Below are positions 39,201 to 50,344 of a DNA stretch of 64,000 nucleotides, one piece after another. Source of the DNA: Perna viridis (Eukaryota); assembly GCA_037379345.1 (NCBI GenBank), contig CM074514.1:21018001-21082000 (forward strand), written 5' to 3'. A model generated the notes under the pieces. It saw nothing but the letters and a program-made list of their open reading frames with translations. It had not been told where the DNA came from and searched no databases. Position 1 is the first letter of the stretch, and the number at the start of each line of letters is the position of its first letter. Both the position numbers and the translations under genes were made by a program.

Positions 39201-39575
39201 CTATACCGGAAAAAGAAAGTAGGTGACCTTATAAAATTTATCAAATGCACTATGCACTAATAGTCCGTTATTAACTGGTGTTGTTCGCTTATAACATGAT
39301 AAGTCGACTCAAATAAGTGGTCGTAGCTTGTTATAAGGCATCAATGGCGTATTAATAAAGTCTTGTAGTTGCTATATAAGGCAGTAAAAAGGGAGACCTT
39401 TGAATATTTTTTTCTCTCTGAAAATCTTAAATAATTTTGATAATGTTTGATATTGCTATATTTTAGGGACGGCGCAGGTGATTTATTGACTAACTTATCA
39501 CGTCTTCCAAGTGTTATGGATTCCATACTAACATCCCTCATGACTCAATCTCCATGTCGGTGCAGGCCTGCATAA
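30223..39575 (+). CDS. FYVE zinc finger + armadillo/HEAT-like repeat protein (471 aa, 13 exons)
   Basis: Exons 30223-30332, 30610-30733, 31220-31318, 31880-31945, 32742-32807, 32985-33076, 33435-33535, 34593-34783, 34986-35060, 35778-35897, 36252-36383, 37249-37379, 39467-39575. All GT-AG and phase-compatible; total 1416 nt. FYVE motifs WMQD, RKHHCRVCG and RVC with 8 Cys. ARM-like repeats VVELGGVQMLV, LDDGALDAIL, NASCLVANLA, SRGIANFA. Confidence 0.92.
33560..33620. repeat. Short tandem repeat, ~3 x 20 bp (intron 7)
   Basis: Unit TTACTACCGTCTTGGTACGG. Confidence 0.85.
33697..34047. repeat. Minisatellite, 6 x 58 bp (intron 7)
   Basis: Unit TCAGCAACTCGAAATTATCAGTATACTGGTGGAAGTAACCAGGTAAATCATCAAAATG at 33697, 33755, 33813, 33871, 33929 and 33987. 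Confidence 0.97.
37840..39398. mobile_element. Non-autonomous DNA element with ~150-bp diverged terminal inverted repeats (intron 12), carrying nested insertions
   Basis: 37840-37990 (..GCCTTATATAGCAACTTCAAGACTTTATCAATACGCC..) is the reverse complement of 39247-39398 (..GGCGTATTAATAAAGTCTTGTAGTTGCTATATAAGGC..). A partial third copy lies at ~38070-38145. No TSD recognised. Confidence 0.65.
38688..39137 (-). mobile_element. Naiad-like Penelope RT internal fragment
   Basis: MGTNYAPLFVDLFL.SYEADF...FNLSFRCIDDIL...SYLDLRL..KLYDKRGDFSFRIVNFPFICGNIPSAPAYGV. Confidence 0.85.
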
Positions 39576-40589
39576 TATTGATGTGATTTTATTGTACTGA
39601 AATAACATAGGAACTTCATTCAACCTGTACAACAGTCGCAATTTCTCGGCCAATCTCGTTGAATCCGAGCATTGCCGGGATTGGCTGATGATGTACCGAT
39701 TACCTGAACAAAAGTGTATTCTGTCATTTAATGATTAATTATGAAATTTTGTTTCATTTGTTTATTATTTGTGCGCTTCGCTCCGCGTTAAACGTCTTGG
39801 TCATGTAATACATAACTTAATAAATGTACTTAAAATTGTATTAATTAAAGACCTCGTTCAATATGGACAACTAATAGAGGCTGAATGATGGATGAAATGG
39901 TCGCAATATAATGTTGATTTGACGGAACCCGTCAAGATATTCAGAAATACCGAAGCAACGTAGGGCAAGTCTGAGCACCATTGGTATCAATGGATGCTAT
40001 CTTTCCTCTTGGTAGTCAAAACGGCAAGAGATAAATAAAGGTCCACTTACGCCAGGTCGCATCCCATCACCCTCTGGTACAGTAATCAAAGGAGTGCAGC
40101 AAAATTAATATTAGCAAATTTATTGCGTAATAGCTATTTATATATAAATATTTAGGGAAGCCTAAATTGGTAACAGAAAAGAACCGAGCACTCATGGTTG
40201 GCATGAGATGGTCTACCCCGACTTCTTGCGGTAACGGAAGAAAGTACAAGATTTTGATTTGATCCGACGTACAATACTGGAAATCGTGACCCCATACCTT
40301 GCCAGATTTCGCCACGAGGGCTTGTCTATACACGCCCTGCCATATCATCCCCGTGTATGTGCACGAACATTTTATTTATTGCAGAACATATCAATATGCT
40401 GTTGCTATGATTATATATTTTAATGCAAAGATAACATACATTTTATATACTTTGAGAAGTGCAATTTTCATTGTTTTTGAGTTCTTACATTATGACGCCT
40501 TGTCATTTTGTTGTCGGTTCCTGATGAACTTGCGCTGCATCGTTTATGAGTTCAAACTTATTCTATTGGAAAGACTTTCTGGTCTGCGA

Positions 40590-43210
40590 CCGATCACTCG
40601 GGGCTAATCTAAGAAGTCTGAATGATTTGATGTTGCATTTTGCGAGCAGGGCCATAGGACCTAGGTTTTTTTTATCATATGAATGGCATCGTCTGTGCAA
40701 AAATACTTTATTGAACAATAAGATTGGTCGATAAAATCGATTACCGAAGGATTGGGAGGGTAGGAAAGGTTGTGAATTAGCCTATAACCCGAACTCTACT
40801 TTTTTGGCCTAAGTGAAATTAGCGATATTCGTAATGTCGGAAAAGGGGGTGGAGCGAATGGACCGGCAATTCTATTCAATTCGATTTTTTTTTTTTTTTT
40901 TCGGTGCAATAATTGCCAAATCTCCTTTAATCTGATAAGTTTCAATATCCATAGGAAGTCGGGGGCCCGACTAATTAAACTTGAATCCATGTTCTAATCC
41001 GTTAATTAGTTTGATAGCCTTTTCGGGGTCAGGATAATTAACAAGTGCCCTTTTAAACTGGGAGACCTTGATTGGAGAACTACCCAAGACATATAATTAG
41101 CCATTTCCTGAAACAAATTCAGTTATTATTTACAAATAGTGCATATTAAACAAAAACAAACATATATTTGAAAACATTTAAAAAAACTAAACCCTATTTA
41201 TATGTACTGAATTGTTGTGACTTGCTTTTGTTCATTTTGTTCACTCGTATCTATTTGAATCAACAATTTATGTAAGCGTGAGGTCCATTGCATTTGCTAC
41301 ATTTGTGTGCCAATTTGCATACTCTCCCGTATTCACATGTTTGACCTTTGTTCTAATTTTTTCATGGTATGTTCCGCGATTGACGATCGTTTAACTGGCC
41401 ATCGATGCGTGAATGAAGTGTGATTAAATGAGTTAAGTTTGAATATTTTGTCGACTGGTGCCCAAAGTTTTGAGTAGATGTAACATTTGCTGTACATACA
41501 CATAGCATCCACAACTCCATATCGACAACACCCCATGAAGAAGACGGATTGCGTTCATTTTGCAATTTAAAATGCTCGTCATATTGGACCCACCCTATGT
41601 TAACACCCCTATAGTCCAAGTCACCTCAGATTGTTTGCGGTTTTTTGCGTTTATTTTTGTAATTACTCCACGGTTCCTTTCAAAAACTTGCAATTTTATT
41701 CATGTCGTTCTGTACTACGATTCCCTTACAATTATTTTTCGTTCTTACCTCCGAGATTGAAAAAATTCAAAATTTATTTTTCCTACGAGAATTTTGCATT
41801 GAATGTATTGTTTATCCGCCATCTTGTTGCTATGGATATTTTGAAATGTACCCTATTATATCACAATTGAAGAGCTGAAATAACATGATTTCCCGCCATA
41901 TTTCCGGTTCCCTGCTAATTTATTACTTTATGTGGTAAGACTCTTATTAAGTACCAGTTGTAGCATTTTCATTCGGAACTTCTGGTTTTGTCTTTTACAA
42001 AAGGTAAAGAGCTGAAATATGGCGGGAAATCATGGTATTTCAGCTCTTCAACTGCGAGATAATAGGGAACATTTCAAAATATCCATAGAAACAAGATGGC
42101 GGATAAACAATACATTCAATGCAAAATTCTCGTAGGAAAAATAAATTTTGAATTTTTTCAATCTCGGAGGTAAGAACGAAAAATAATTGTAAGGGAATCG
42201 TAGTACAGAACGACATGAATAAAATGGCAAGTTTTTGAAAGGAACCGTGGAGTAATTACAAAAATAAACGCAAAAAACCGCAAACAATCTGCGGTGACTT
42301 GGACTATAGCTGCTGCGAGCCTCATTGTGTCCATGTATTTAAAGAACTCTGATCCTTTATTAGGCCATTTTTCTAGCATAATACTAGCATATGTTATGAA
42401 TGCTGAAGACTAGACATGGATATTTTTAATGGGCTTAGATGATGACTTTTTAGTCACAGACAACATACCGCCCGGATTGTAAGATCACCATCGAAATTGT
42501 CCCCGCTTGTGAGCTCTTTGTTGGACTTACGGAGAAGACTTATATCAATATATGCTCCGCCCCAAACCTTTTCTTTTATTTTTAATGGGATATGAGATGA
42601 GATCGGATCAAAAACGCTTGTAATCGGGATTGGCATATGATTTGAATTGAGACTCGTGTTAATATTTTGAGTATGACCCCCTGTGTCATTTGATTGGGAA
42701 TATTGTAAGTGTCTGTCGAAATTAAGGGTAAACGTACCATTGTTTTTTGTTTTTTTTTTTTTTTTTTGGAAAGCTATCCCACTGGGCTTGGGTTACTGGT
42801 GGTTCGTCGGCGGCGGGCTGTGACCAACATCATGTGCAAGGGCTGGTTCCGCTGTCGCCGAAGATCCTGTCCTGGATGGTGCTGGGAGTGTCGAGCTGTC
42901 AGCATTTACATCCTTGTTTGCAGTTGGTCCGACGATGGTAGATGACTGCTGTGGGGCAACTGTTTTGTCCGGGTTGGAGCGTTGCTGATTCTTCTGGGAC
43001 TGTGAATTTGATCAAGCTGTCGTTTGCCGTCTACGGGCCTTCTGTTGTGGTTCTGTAGTTGAAGCGACCTTCTTTGGGGGTTCCTTTTTCTTTTCTGAGG
43101 TTTCATGATGTGGATGTTTCGTCAAACTTCAGAATGTCGACGATTTTTCGATATGATTTGAATCAATGAACAAGTGTTTGCTTTGGCGAAACGCTAAATG
43201 ACGTCACGCT
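40590..43210 (-). mobile_element. Decayed Ngaro/DIRS-type retrotransposon (gag-like ORF + RT start), interrupted by a MITE
   Basis: gag-like HIPLKIKEKVW.G.YIDISLL...SAFITYASIM...FKYMDT.R.AA...GW..YDE.F.......SW.V.D.ELW...AHKCSKCNGPH. RT start RIAGPFAPPPFPTLRIS..L.PKK..GYRLIHNLSYP..SV.DFID and AK..IKSFRLL. GC-richer DNA down to ~39920 may also belong to it. Confidence 0.8.
41612..42306. mobile_element. 695-bp foldback/MITE with ~290-bp TIRs and TA target duplication
   Basis: TAGTCCAAGTCACC...GGTGACTTGGACTA. 41612-41904 is a near-perfect reverse complement of 42014-42306. TA at 41610-41611 and 42307-42308. Confidence 0.92.
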
Positions 43211-43655
43211 TTGTGACGTATAAATTTAGGGGTTTGGAATCAATCCAGAAGAGAAACGAATTTCCGTAACGTTAGCTTTCATTAAATTGGTTTATCTAAA
43301 ATAGTGATAAACCGTATTAAATTATAAATATTGACGAAAAGGAATGCTTAGTTAGACTGGTCTTCCGTATTAGCGGAGATTAACATTGTTGATCATCATA
43401 ACACTCATATCAAAATGATGCCTCTTTGACCAGGAGCCGTTGATACGTATTTTGCATTCGATTTGCATTATCTACTGCGCGAAAGATGAGTACACGACTG
43501 ATTAATTACACAAGAAACATTTCCCATAATTCAATATTCAAGTGATTCCAAAAAGTATGCGTTAACACGACTGTAGAGTGTGCATTCCTCAAGGAAGGAT
43601 AATCAATGGAACCAAGTTTCGAACGGTAATAAAAAAAACATTAAACTGTGAGCTT

Positions 43656-44190
43656 GAACCAGGTGCACCGGTAGGGTAAGAGTGATCTGCTTTTTTTTAG
43701 AAACACCCGCCGAGTTGCTCATGAAATGTCACGTCCGGGGTAAAAGAATAAGCAAAGAAAAACTATGACACGATAAACAATTCGGTCATCTTGGTGCAGA
43801 TGGATACACCATATCTATCCACGAGTTTATGGCCGTATAACTTCTGTAGTGATGATTTCGATCCTGTGGCAGTATAACCCCGTACCTGAAGCCTTATTGT
43901 AAGAAGTCTTGCAAGTCCGCATAGTTACAGCAATCTCTTGTCAAATGAAAACTACATGCGAAGTTACTGAAGGGATGTTTTCACAGATGAAAAGTAAAGT
44001 TGACGATACAGAACTAGAAGTCACCGCGTTTGTCGTATGGTTCGGTCGTGAATTTTCCCTTTAAACGGATTCCTACGGTTAGGTCAAGATATGAGGTTGA
44101 ATTCATAGTGTCTTGAGTGTCCTTTACCTCAATTTTTCTTTACTGTGGTAGATGCGATGTATAAAGTCCCTGAATCTAGGATTGTTTAAA
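43656..44190 (-). mobile_element. Older, decayed Naiad-like Penelope fragment
   Basis: Decayed SYLDL...YDKRGDF segment plus the 3' UTR motif CTTACCCTACCGGTGCACCTGG. Confidence 0.75.
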
Positions 44191-45640
44191 GGCTAGAAAC
44201 CACTAATTCCACTTCCCATAGGCTTCTATGCTAATTTCACAATATTCAGTGGCTTCTCTGGACTTTACCTTAACTTTAACCTGCAGAGGACTATATATCA
44301 GCATGATTCTACATATGTCAGCTCACAATCCTCAGAATGGCATGTGGGGTTAGCAGACTTGCAGTGCAGTACTGGTCACCAGAAGTAAAGAGTCTATAAA
44401 TAGCATGGGAAATCCCAGTGTTTTCACAAGATAGGGGTATATTTAGAAATCATTATGGAGATTAGGCTTCACATTACAAGAAGCAAAATGCACCTATAAA
44501 ATGTACAGAAATGTTTTCCCTTTCAGAAACTGTTCAAATTTTTTAAATGAGATGAAAACTTTTTTCACAGCACTATGAGGAACAGGGGTAATTTCTTCGT
44601 AGGACTATTTTTGCGTACGTTCCAAATGCTCATTGGTTGAATTGGTGGTCTGTAACCTAAAGCCAAAACGTCATCATTAAGTAAAGAACAAAATGGTAAA
44701 TGATGAAGAAATATATGGACAAGGAGTTACCAATTTTTTAAGAAAAATAAATCGGGTGGGAAACAAGGCAAATGACGAAATGGATTGTTAGATTTTAACC
44801 TAAATTGCTTAAAGACGATGCTATTAAAGAATGGCTTGGATTGTTTTTCTTCATATTTGATTACTCGTATCAAAATTGCAATACGTAATACGTCCGTGTG
44901 ACTTAGGGTCGGAATTGTGTCTAAGATAGGTTATGTAGGGTTATATAGAAAGGATTGATATTCAAGATATACATGTTACAAGGTCATAGAATAAGAAAAA
45001 ACAGAAAATATAACAACATTTAAGGGGAGGAACTAGTAAACAAATTACACAAGGACATCTCACACAAATTGAAACGTTACATTCTTCCCAAGCGAGTGAC
45101 GGATAAAAAACTCTTTAAAGAATTAATCTTCACACTGGTCATTACTGAGAATGCAAAGAATACTACCATCAAAAACATATTTCTTTAGATGCAGTTAGAG
45201 AAAATATTGTTTTAAAAATGTAAAAAAAAACTATGAAAATTATGTGGTTGATTTAATATTTTTGAATAAAAACTTTGAGAGAAAGAAAAAGGTAAAATGT
45301 TAGATTGTAAAAAAAATATAACGCTGTGCAAGATAAGATTTTATGATCTCTGGAAAATTTTATTTATGACGACACAATGAATTTTATATGCAACTGTCAA
45401 AGAAGATCGTGTTTTCTATGTATAGTGCAATATTGCATTTTAAACTTGCGTTCCCACATTTAGATCGATTTTTGGAATTCAAATATTTATTTTTAATTTT
45501 ATCTATACCGCAATGTTTCTGGAAATTTTTCATCTACCTAGAAATATAAAAGTGTCAGAAGTTCAAATTCTATTTAAAGAATGAAATAAGTGACAAATTA
45601 AATCCCTGATATTTGAAGGTAACGGATAAGTAATATCAAA

Positions 45641-46422
45641 ATGGTAAGATTGTAAATTTCTAATGGGCGTGAAGAGGAAATGTTTTTTTTTGTTTTGTTT
45701 TGTATTGTTTGTTTTGTTTTTTTTTTTTAATTAAAATCACATTTAACTTGATTCTGTCTGAATATTTAAAACCACTACAATAGAAAACAATTGCAGAGTA
45801 ATTTTGTAAAACAAGAGTGAAAAATATAGATTGTTTTCGCTTCGTTAATTCATTTTTGAAATTAACAAGAGGTTACAATCTTAATTCAATTAACATCATT
45901 AGTCATCAAATTTCTATTTCTTATACCTACGCACAAAAAAAATTGACAATTTGTCTATATAAAACATTTTTATGTGATTGTACAGATGTTTAAGGTCGAA
46001 CTTAATTATTCTTACTGTAGTCTTACAGCACCTACAGGGATAGGATCAGTCATATGACAATTAATGATATTATAAGAGATTACAGACACACTTTAGACAA
46101 TACCTACCGACGTAAGCTGCGTGAAGTCCGGAACCATATTGATGGCTATCTTGATGGAGAAACCAATGTTGAAGTCGTTATTCAAATCCCTGACTTATTA
46201 TGTGAGCCGATTCGGTACCGTTCAGGAAGTGGAGAAAACCGATTAACTATAGATATTGGGCGTTACTATGTCGATTATACTTGGACCCGTCGTACTTTCA
46301 CAAAAAGAGCAAAGGACTTTTTCGGGGGTGTTGTAAAAAAAGTCGCTGGATTTTTTGGATCATTGTGGGGTGGCATCAAGTCCATTGGGAGCTCAATGAC
46401 GAAAGCGATAGGATGGTATTAA
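45641..46422 (+). CDS. G1: uncharacterised 134-aa protein with C-terminal cationic amphipathic helix
   Basis: Exon 1 contributes only ATG (CAAAATG|GTAAG, 45641-45643). Exon 2 is 46021-46422 after a CTTACTGTAG acceptor. Protein MSYSTYRDRISHMTINDII...KDFFGGVVKKVAGFFGSLWGGIKSIGSSMTKAIGWY. Clear paralogue of G2. TATAAAA at 45545; AATAAA at ~46548. Confidence 0.85.
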
Positions 46423-47063
46423 ATGTAAAACCATGTCAATTTTGAATATATATTATTTTTTTCAATACTGCTCAGCTATACGCAATGTAGAATAACTTTG
46501 TTCAGACCGACTGTATATCAGGAGAAAAAAGTCTGTTTAGATGGAATAATAAATGAATTAAGGAACATAGTAGTGTTTGACAGTAATTTTGTACAGTTTA
46601 AGCAATGAAATATACTTTAATTAACTTCTTTACTGGTAAAATATTTTCATATGATTTTCCCATGATTTAATGATTTTCACTAGAATTAAACAATTAACAT
46701 TTAAAGTTTTGTGTTAGAGTTAACATGCAGTTGATATGAATAAAGTCTTCAAATTAATTTTTGCATGAGTGTTTTACATAACCATAATGTTAGTGAGGTT
46801 AATGTGAACGCGCATTACTTTCATTTTAAATCCGTACAAATTGTAGTTAGGCTCGGTTGTAGGATAATATTATGTTTTAATATGATATTCATATTTTATC
46901 TAGCCAACATTTACATATGAGAATCATATGACTATTCATATGTGAATCAACACATGTAATTATCATATGTGGACCTTTTTGTTTAGTTAAAAGGAAAGAA
47001 CGAAAAAGTATTGTTTTAATTTTTTTTTTCAACATTGCAGACGAACATGCACGGAAGGTTCAA

Positions 47064-47200
47064 AAAGTAATCAAGGGAACCTAGATTCTAGCGGAAATCA
47101 AAAGAATGTAGTCTAGGGACAAAGACCAGACATGGCAAAACAAACAAACACAACGAAGAGCATAAATCAACCAAAATAATATATACATAGTAACAGAAAG
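47064..47200 (-). mobile_element. Decayed Naiad-like 3' terminus
   Basis: AGTAATCAAGGGAACC..AGCGG.AATCAAAAGAATGTA..GGGACAAAGACCAGACATGG matches the family. Confidence 0.7.
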
Positions 47201-47308
47201 ATAAGTACATTGTTTAAATACCCCCCAAAATATCATTCCACCACAAACAAGCATATTCGGAGCAAGAAATCAGTATTATAATGTAAACGTTCTCTTAATT
47301 CGATAATT

Positions 47309-47796
47309 GTTTGTTTGTTTGTTTGTTGGGGTTTAACGTCCGAGCAGCAATATTTCAGCTATATTCAGACAATGAACATGAAATGAAAAAAAAGGATGGG
47401 TCACAAGGATAATAGGGTCGACAAATTTTGATTTCCACTGGAGAAAGGGGGGATGGGTAAGGTCGGGCAATTTAGCCTCCTGTGGCGGAGCGCAAAGGTT
47501 CCTACTCCTATCGAATACCACAGCAGGGTTCTTTAACGTGCGAGGAACGTGGCATCTTTCCCAACACGGTTCACCACTATGGTTTGCGGTCAGGTTTTCC
47601 GTATTATAGCCTGACAACCCCAGCATGTAACACGCCAGGGGTACCCCATTCCACCACCTGGGACACACATCCCAGTTGCTCTGTGGGCAGAGCGCCCTAG
47701 CCCCCGGCAAGCGTTCTGAGCACTATTTAGTCGCCTTTTACGACAAGCTTAGCGCTGCTGCAGGCCTATTCTTTTAACACCCGGACCTGCACGGGG
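47309..47796 (-). mobile_element. Full-length SINE (Nin/Deu-domain-like), subfamily A
   Basis: Same head and tail as the other copies. 15-bp TSD CTTAATTCGATAATT (47294-47308, 47797-47811). Confidence 0.9.
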
Positions 47797-49716
47797 CTTA
47801 ATTCGATAATTAGGTGAAACGTTTTGTTAAAGAGATGGTCCATGAAAGACCCAGGCAATAGGTGGTACATGCAAAATGTTGATTTTAAACACTTGCCACG
47901 AATTTAAAAATAAAAGTGCTGTTTGGTAATTTTCAGAAATGGCAGGTATGAAAATTAATTACATAGGGAGCAATAGAGACTTTAAAATAAATGAAAAAAT
48001 ATTTCTTTGAACTGTTTATTATTTAGTGGACAGTCTTTTAAAAAATTGGCCAAATTCTTGCAATTTAAATGGTAAATACCAGCAGATACCAAGTTAATTG
48101 ATATAGGATTGAGAGAGCATGTAGGTCGTACGAAACATTTTATAAACATTTGCATGTTTTATTCAAAGCAAATTATCAAGTTAGTTAACATTTATTTAAA
48201 AAAAGTATTTGAAGATTAAAACAAGTGAGACAACCTCACACAATAAATTTCTAAATTATTTCGCTCTTGATTTTAAATTATATCTTTGCCTTTAAATGGA
48301 ATCATGAATATGTTGGTCATTCAATTTCTGAATTTCGATTCTGTTCAGCAACATATAAATTGAAACTAAAAAAAAAAGAGAGCAATGCCCTCTTCTTAAT
48401 TGATACCCCGCTCCTGCATTTAATAACATTCACTTTTTGACTCATGGCCTTAAAAACAAGAAATGAAGATCTTTATAAGGACTACCTTTGAACCAACTAT
48501 ACTTGATTGTTTTTAAAGAATATTGATTCTAGCGAGCCATCAAGCATATAATATTGAGTATAAAATTAACTATTCCTTACCAAATTGGTGGTACCTTATA
48601 TCAAAGAATCCCAAAGATCTAAACCAAAAATAGAAGGTTCACATATTTGATATTTGATTATTATTATGTGAAAGTGCCACCTCAAAATTCCACTTAATGG
48701 TGTTGAGGGTGCTCCGAATATGCGATGGATACCCTATATTTACAAAAAAAGCCAGCCAAGCTAATGTTTTGCCATTGAGAAACCCTAAAAAGCGTTCTGA
48801 TAAAATCTGAAATAGCAAGTGAACGTCTTCAATATATGATAAATAATTTGTGCCTTCAAATTCCATGAAGTGGTATTGTATGAGTTGCGGATAAGAGATA
48901 TGTACTATTTATTCATAAAATTCTTAGTTCATGTTTTGTTTTAGACCTCCTCACCCACAACCCCCCAAAAATCATAAAAGCTCGGGAATACACTCACTAT
49001 GTTATTTAGTTTTATTCTTTCATCCGTTTTCTTTAACGGGTCTGCAAACATGATTTTTACTGATGATGTAGAGTCAAACTCATTTTTTAACGTTTTCAAT
49101 AATTTATTTGACATACACTTTCGGAAAGATAATTCAGTTTTGTTTTAAAGATTTGAAATAGGATTATAATGTTTCCTTTTGAAGAGTTTGAATTTTTCCT
49201 TGGTTACTTACGTTTTCAATATTTACAATATTTAATCAAATAACGCCATAAAGGCTATCAGTTAAATGTTTGCGATGATATGTTGCCAATATTGACAACA
49301 ATCAATTTAAATTTCAAACTGTATCGAAAATCAAAAACTATTTAAAGTATCCATATATCTGTTCAATACTTGAATACGTTCTTTGTGTAAATTCGGAGAA
49401 ATTGTCATAAATTTCTAATACATATAACTTGTTTCGCGGAATTATCTAGAAGGAAGTATCAGAACTTTGATTTTTCATTTGCTGTCAGAAGTTATTTGCT
49501 GATTGAAATGATTACGGAAGCCGAAAAAGGACCATTCAAAATTCAGGATTCAAAGTTCAGAATCCAAAATTCAGGACTCAAGAAATTAATGACTGGTAAC
49601 TTTCCCGTGTTCTGTTTTTACAATTTTCAGAATTCAAAAATCGGAACTTGAGAAAACTGGTACTTTCCCGCTTGTTTCAACACGCCATGACTCTTCACAT
49701 AAAAAATCAAATTTTC

Positions 49717-49857
49717 TTGTCTTAAATGACTTGCTCAACAAACCATTTAAACGTAAACAACATCTTCTAGCAACCCGATCACTGTAAACATGGCCGACTT
49801 TTTACAATGTAAATATTGGCACCGAGAATATAAATCTGAGCAAGTCATTTAAGACAA
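49717..49857. repeat. Perfect 21-bp inverted repeat pair (MITE-like, 141 bp)
   Basis: TTGTCTTAAATGACTTGCTCA (49717-49737) and TGAGCAAGTCATTTAAGACAA (49837-49857). Confidence 0.8.
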
Positions 49858-50344
49858 TTTAAACGACGGTAGGTGTCAATAAAGTCGTAGAAAATATTTT
49901 TATTCAAATTTTAACAGTATATTATTTATGTGACGCCGAGTATAGTCAACATTAAGAATGAAAAGTGCACGCATTTTAAGAAAATTGTGTTTGTTTCTTT
50001 AGTTAATGATGATAACTAATATACTTCAAACTAAAAACGTTTTATTCCTTTGCAAATACGGTGTCATATCTATTTTGTCATTTCTTTTCATAACTGGTTG
50101 TTGTTTATCTTATGCGCAGTGTTTGGTTCGTCACACAATCATTTGTCCAATTTAAAGAACATTTTGATTCGCACTCTTGTACTTCCTTATTCTTTATTTA
50201 GTTGTTCCACGAAATGATAAAATCAATACCTCATTCCAATCTTTTTTTTCATTGTGATTCCATATTGTATTTCGTCATACATATGTATAGACATACTTTA
50301 TGCAATGGAAGTTTTCAATAATGTTTCAAACTCAACTAATCAAC

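Noticed and set aside
40521-40560. CTGATGA followed by a stem, as a second hammerhead
   Set aside because: Lacks the GAAA box (has CAAAC) and has no credible stems I or III.
41631-42379. Mirror-image ORFs MFAVFCVYFCNYS... on both strands
   Set aside because: Artefacts of the foldback element's terminal inverted repeats.
46914-46969. Cluster of CATATG/CACATG E-box-like hexamers downstream of G1
   Set aside because: Low-complexity pattern typical of decayed repeats; no independent support for a regulatory role.
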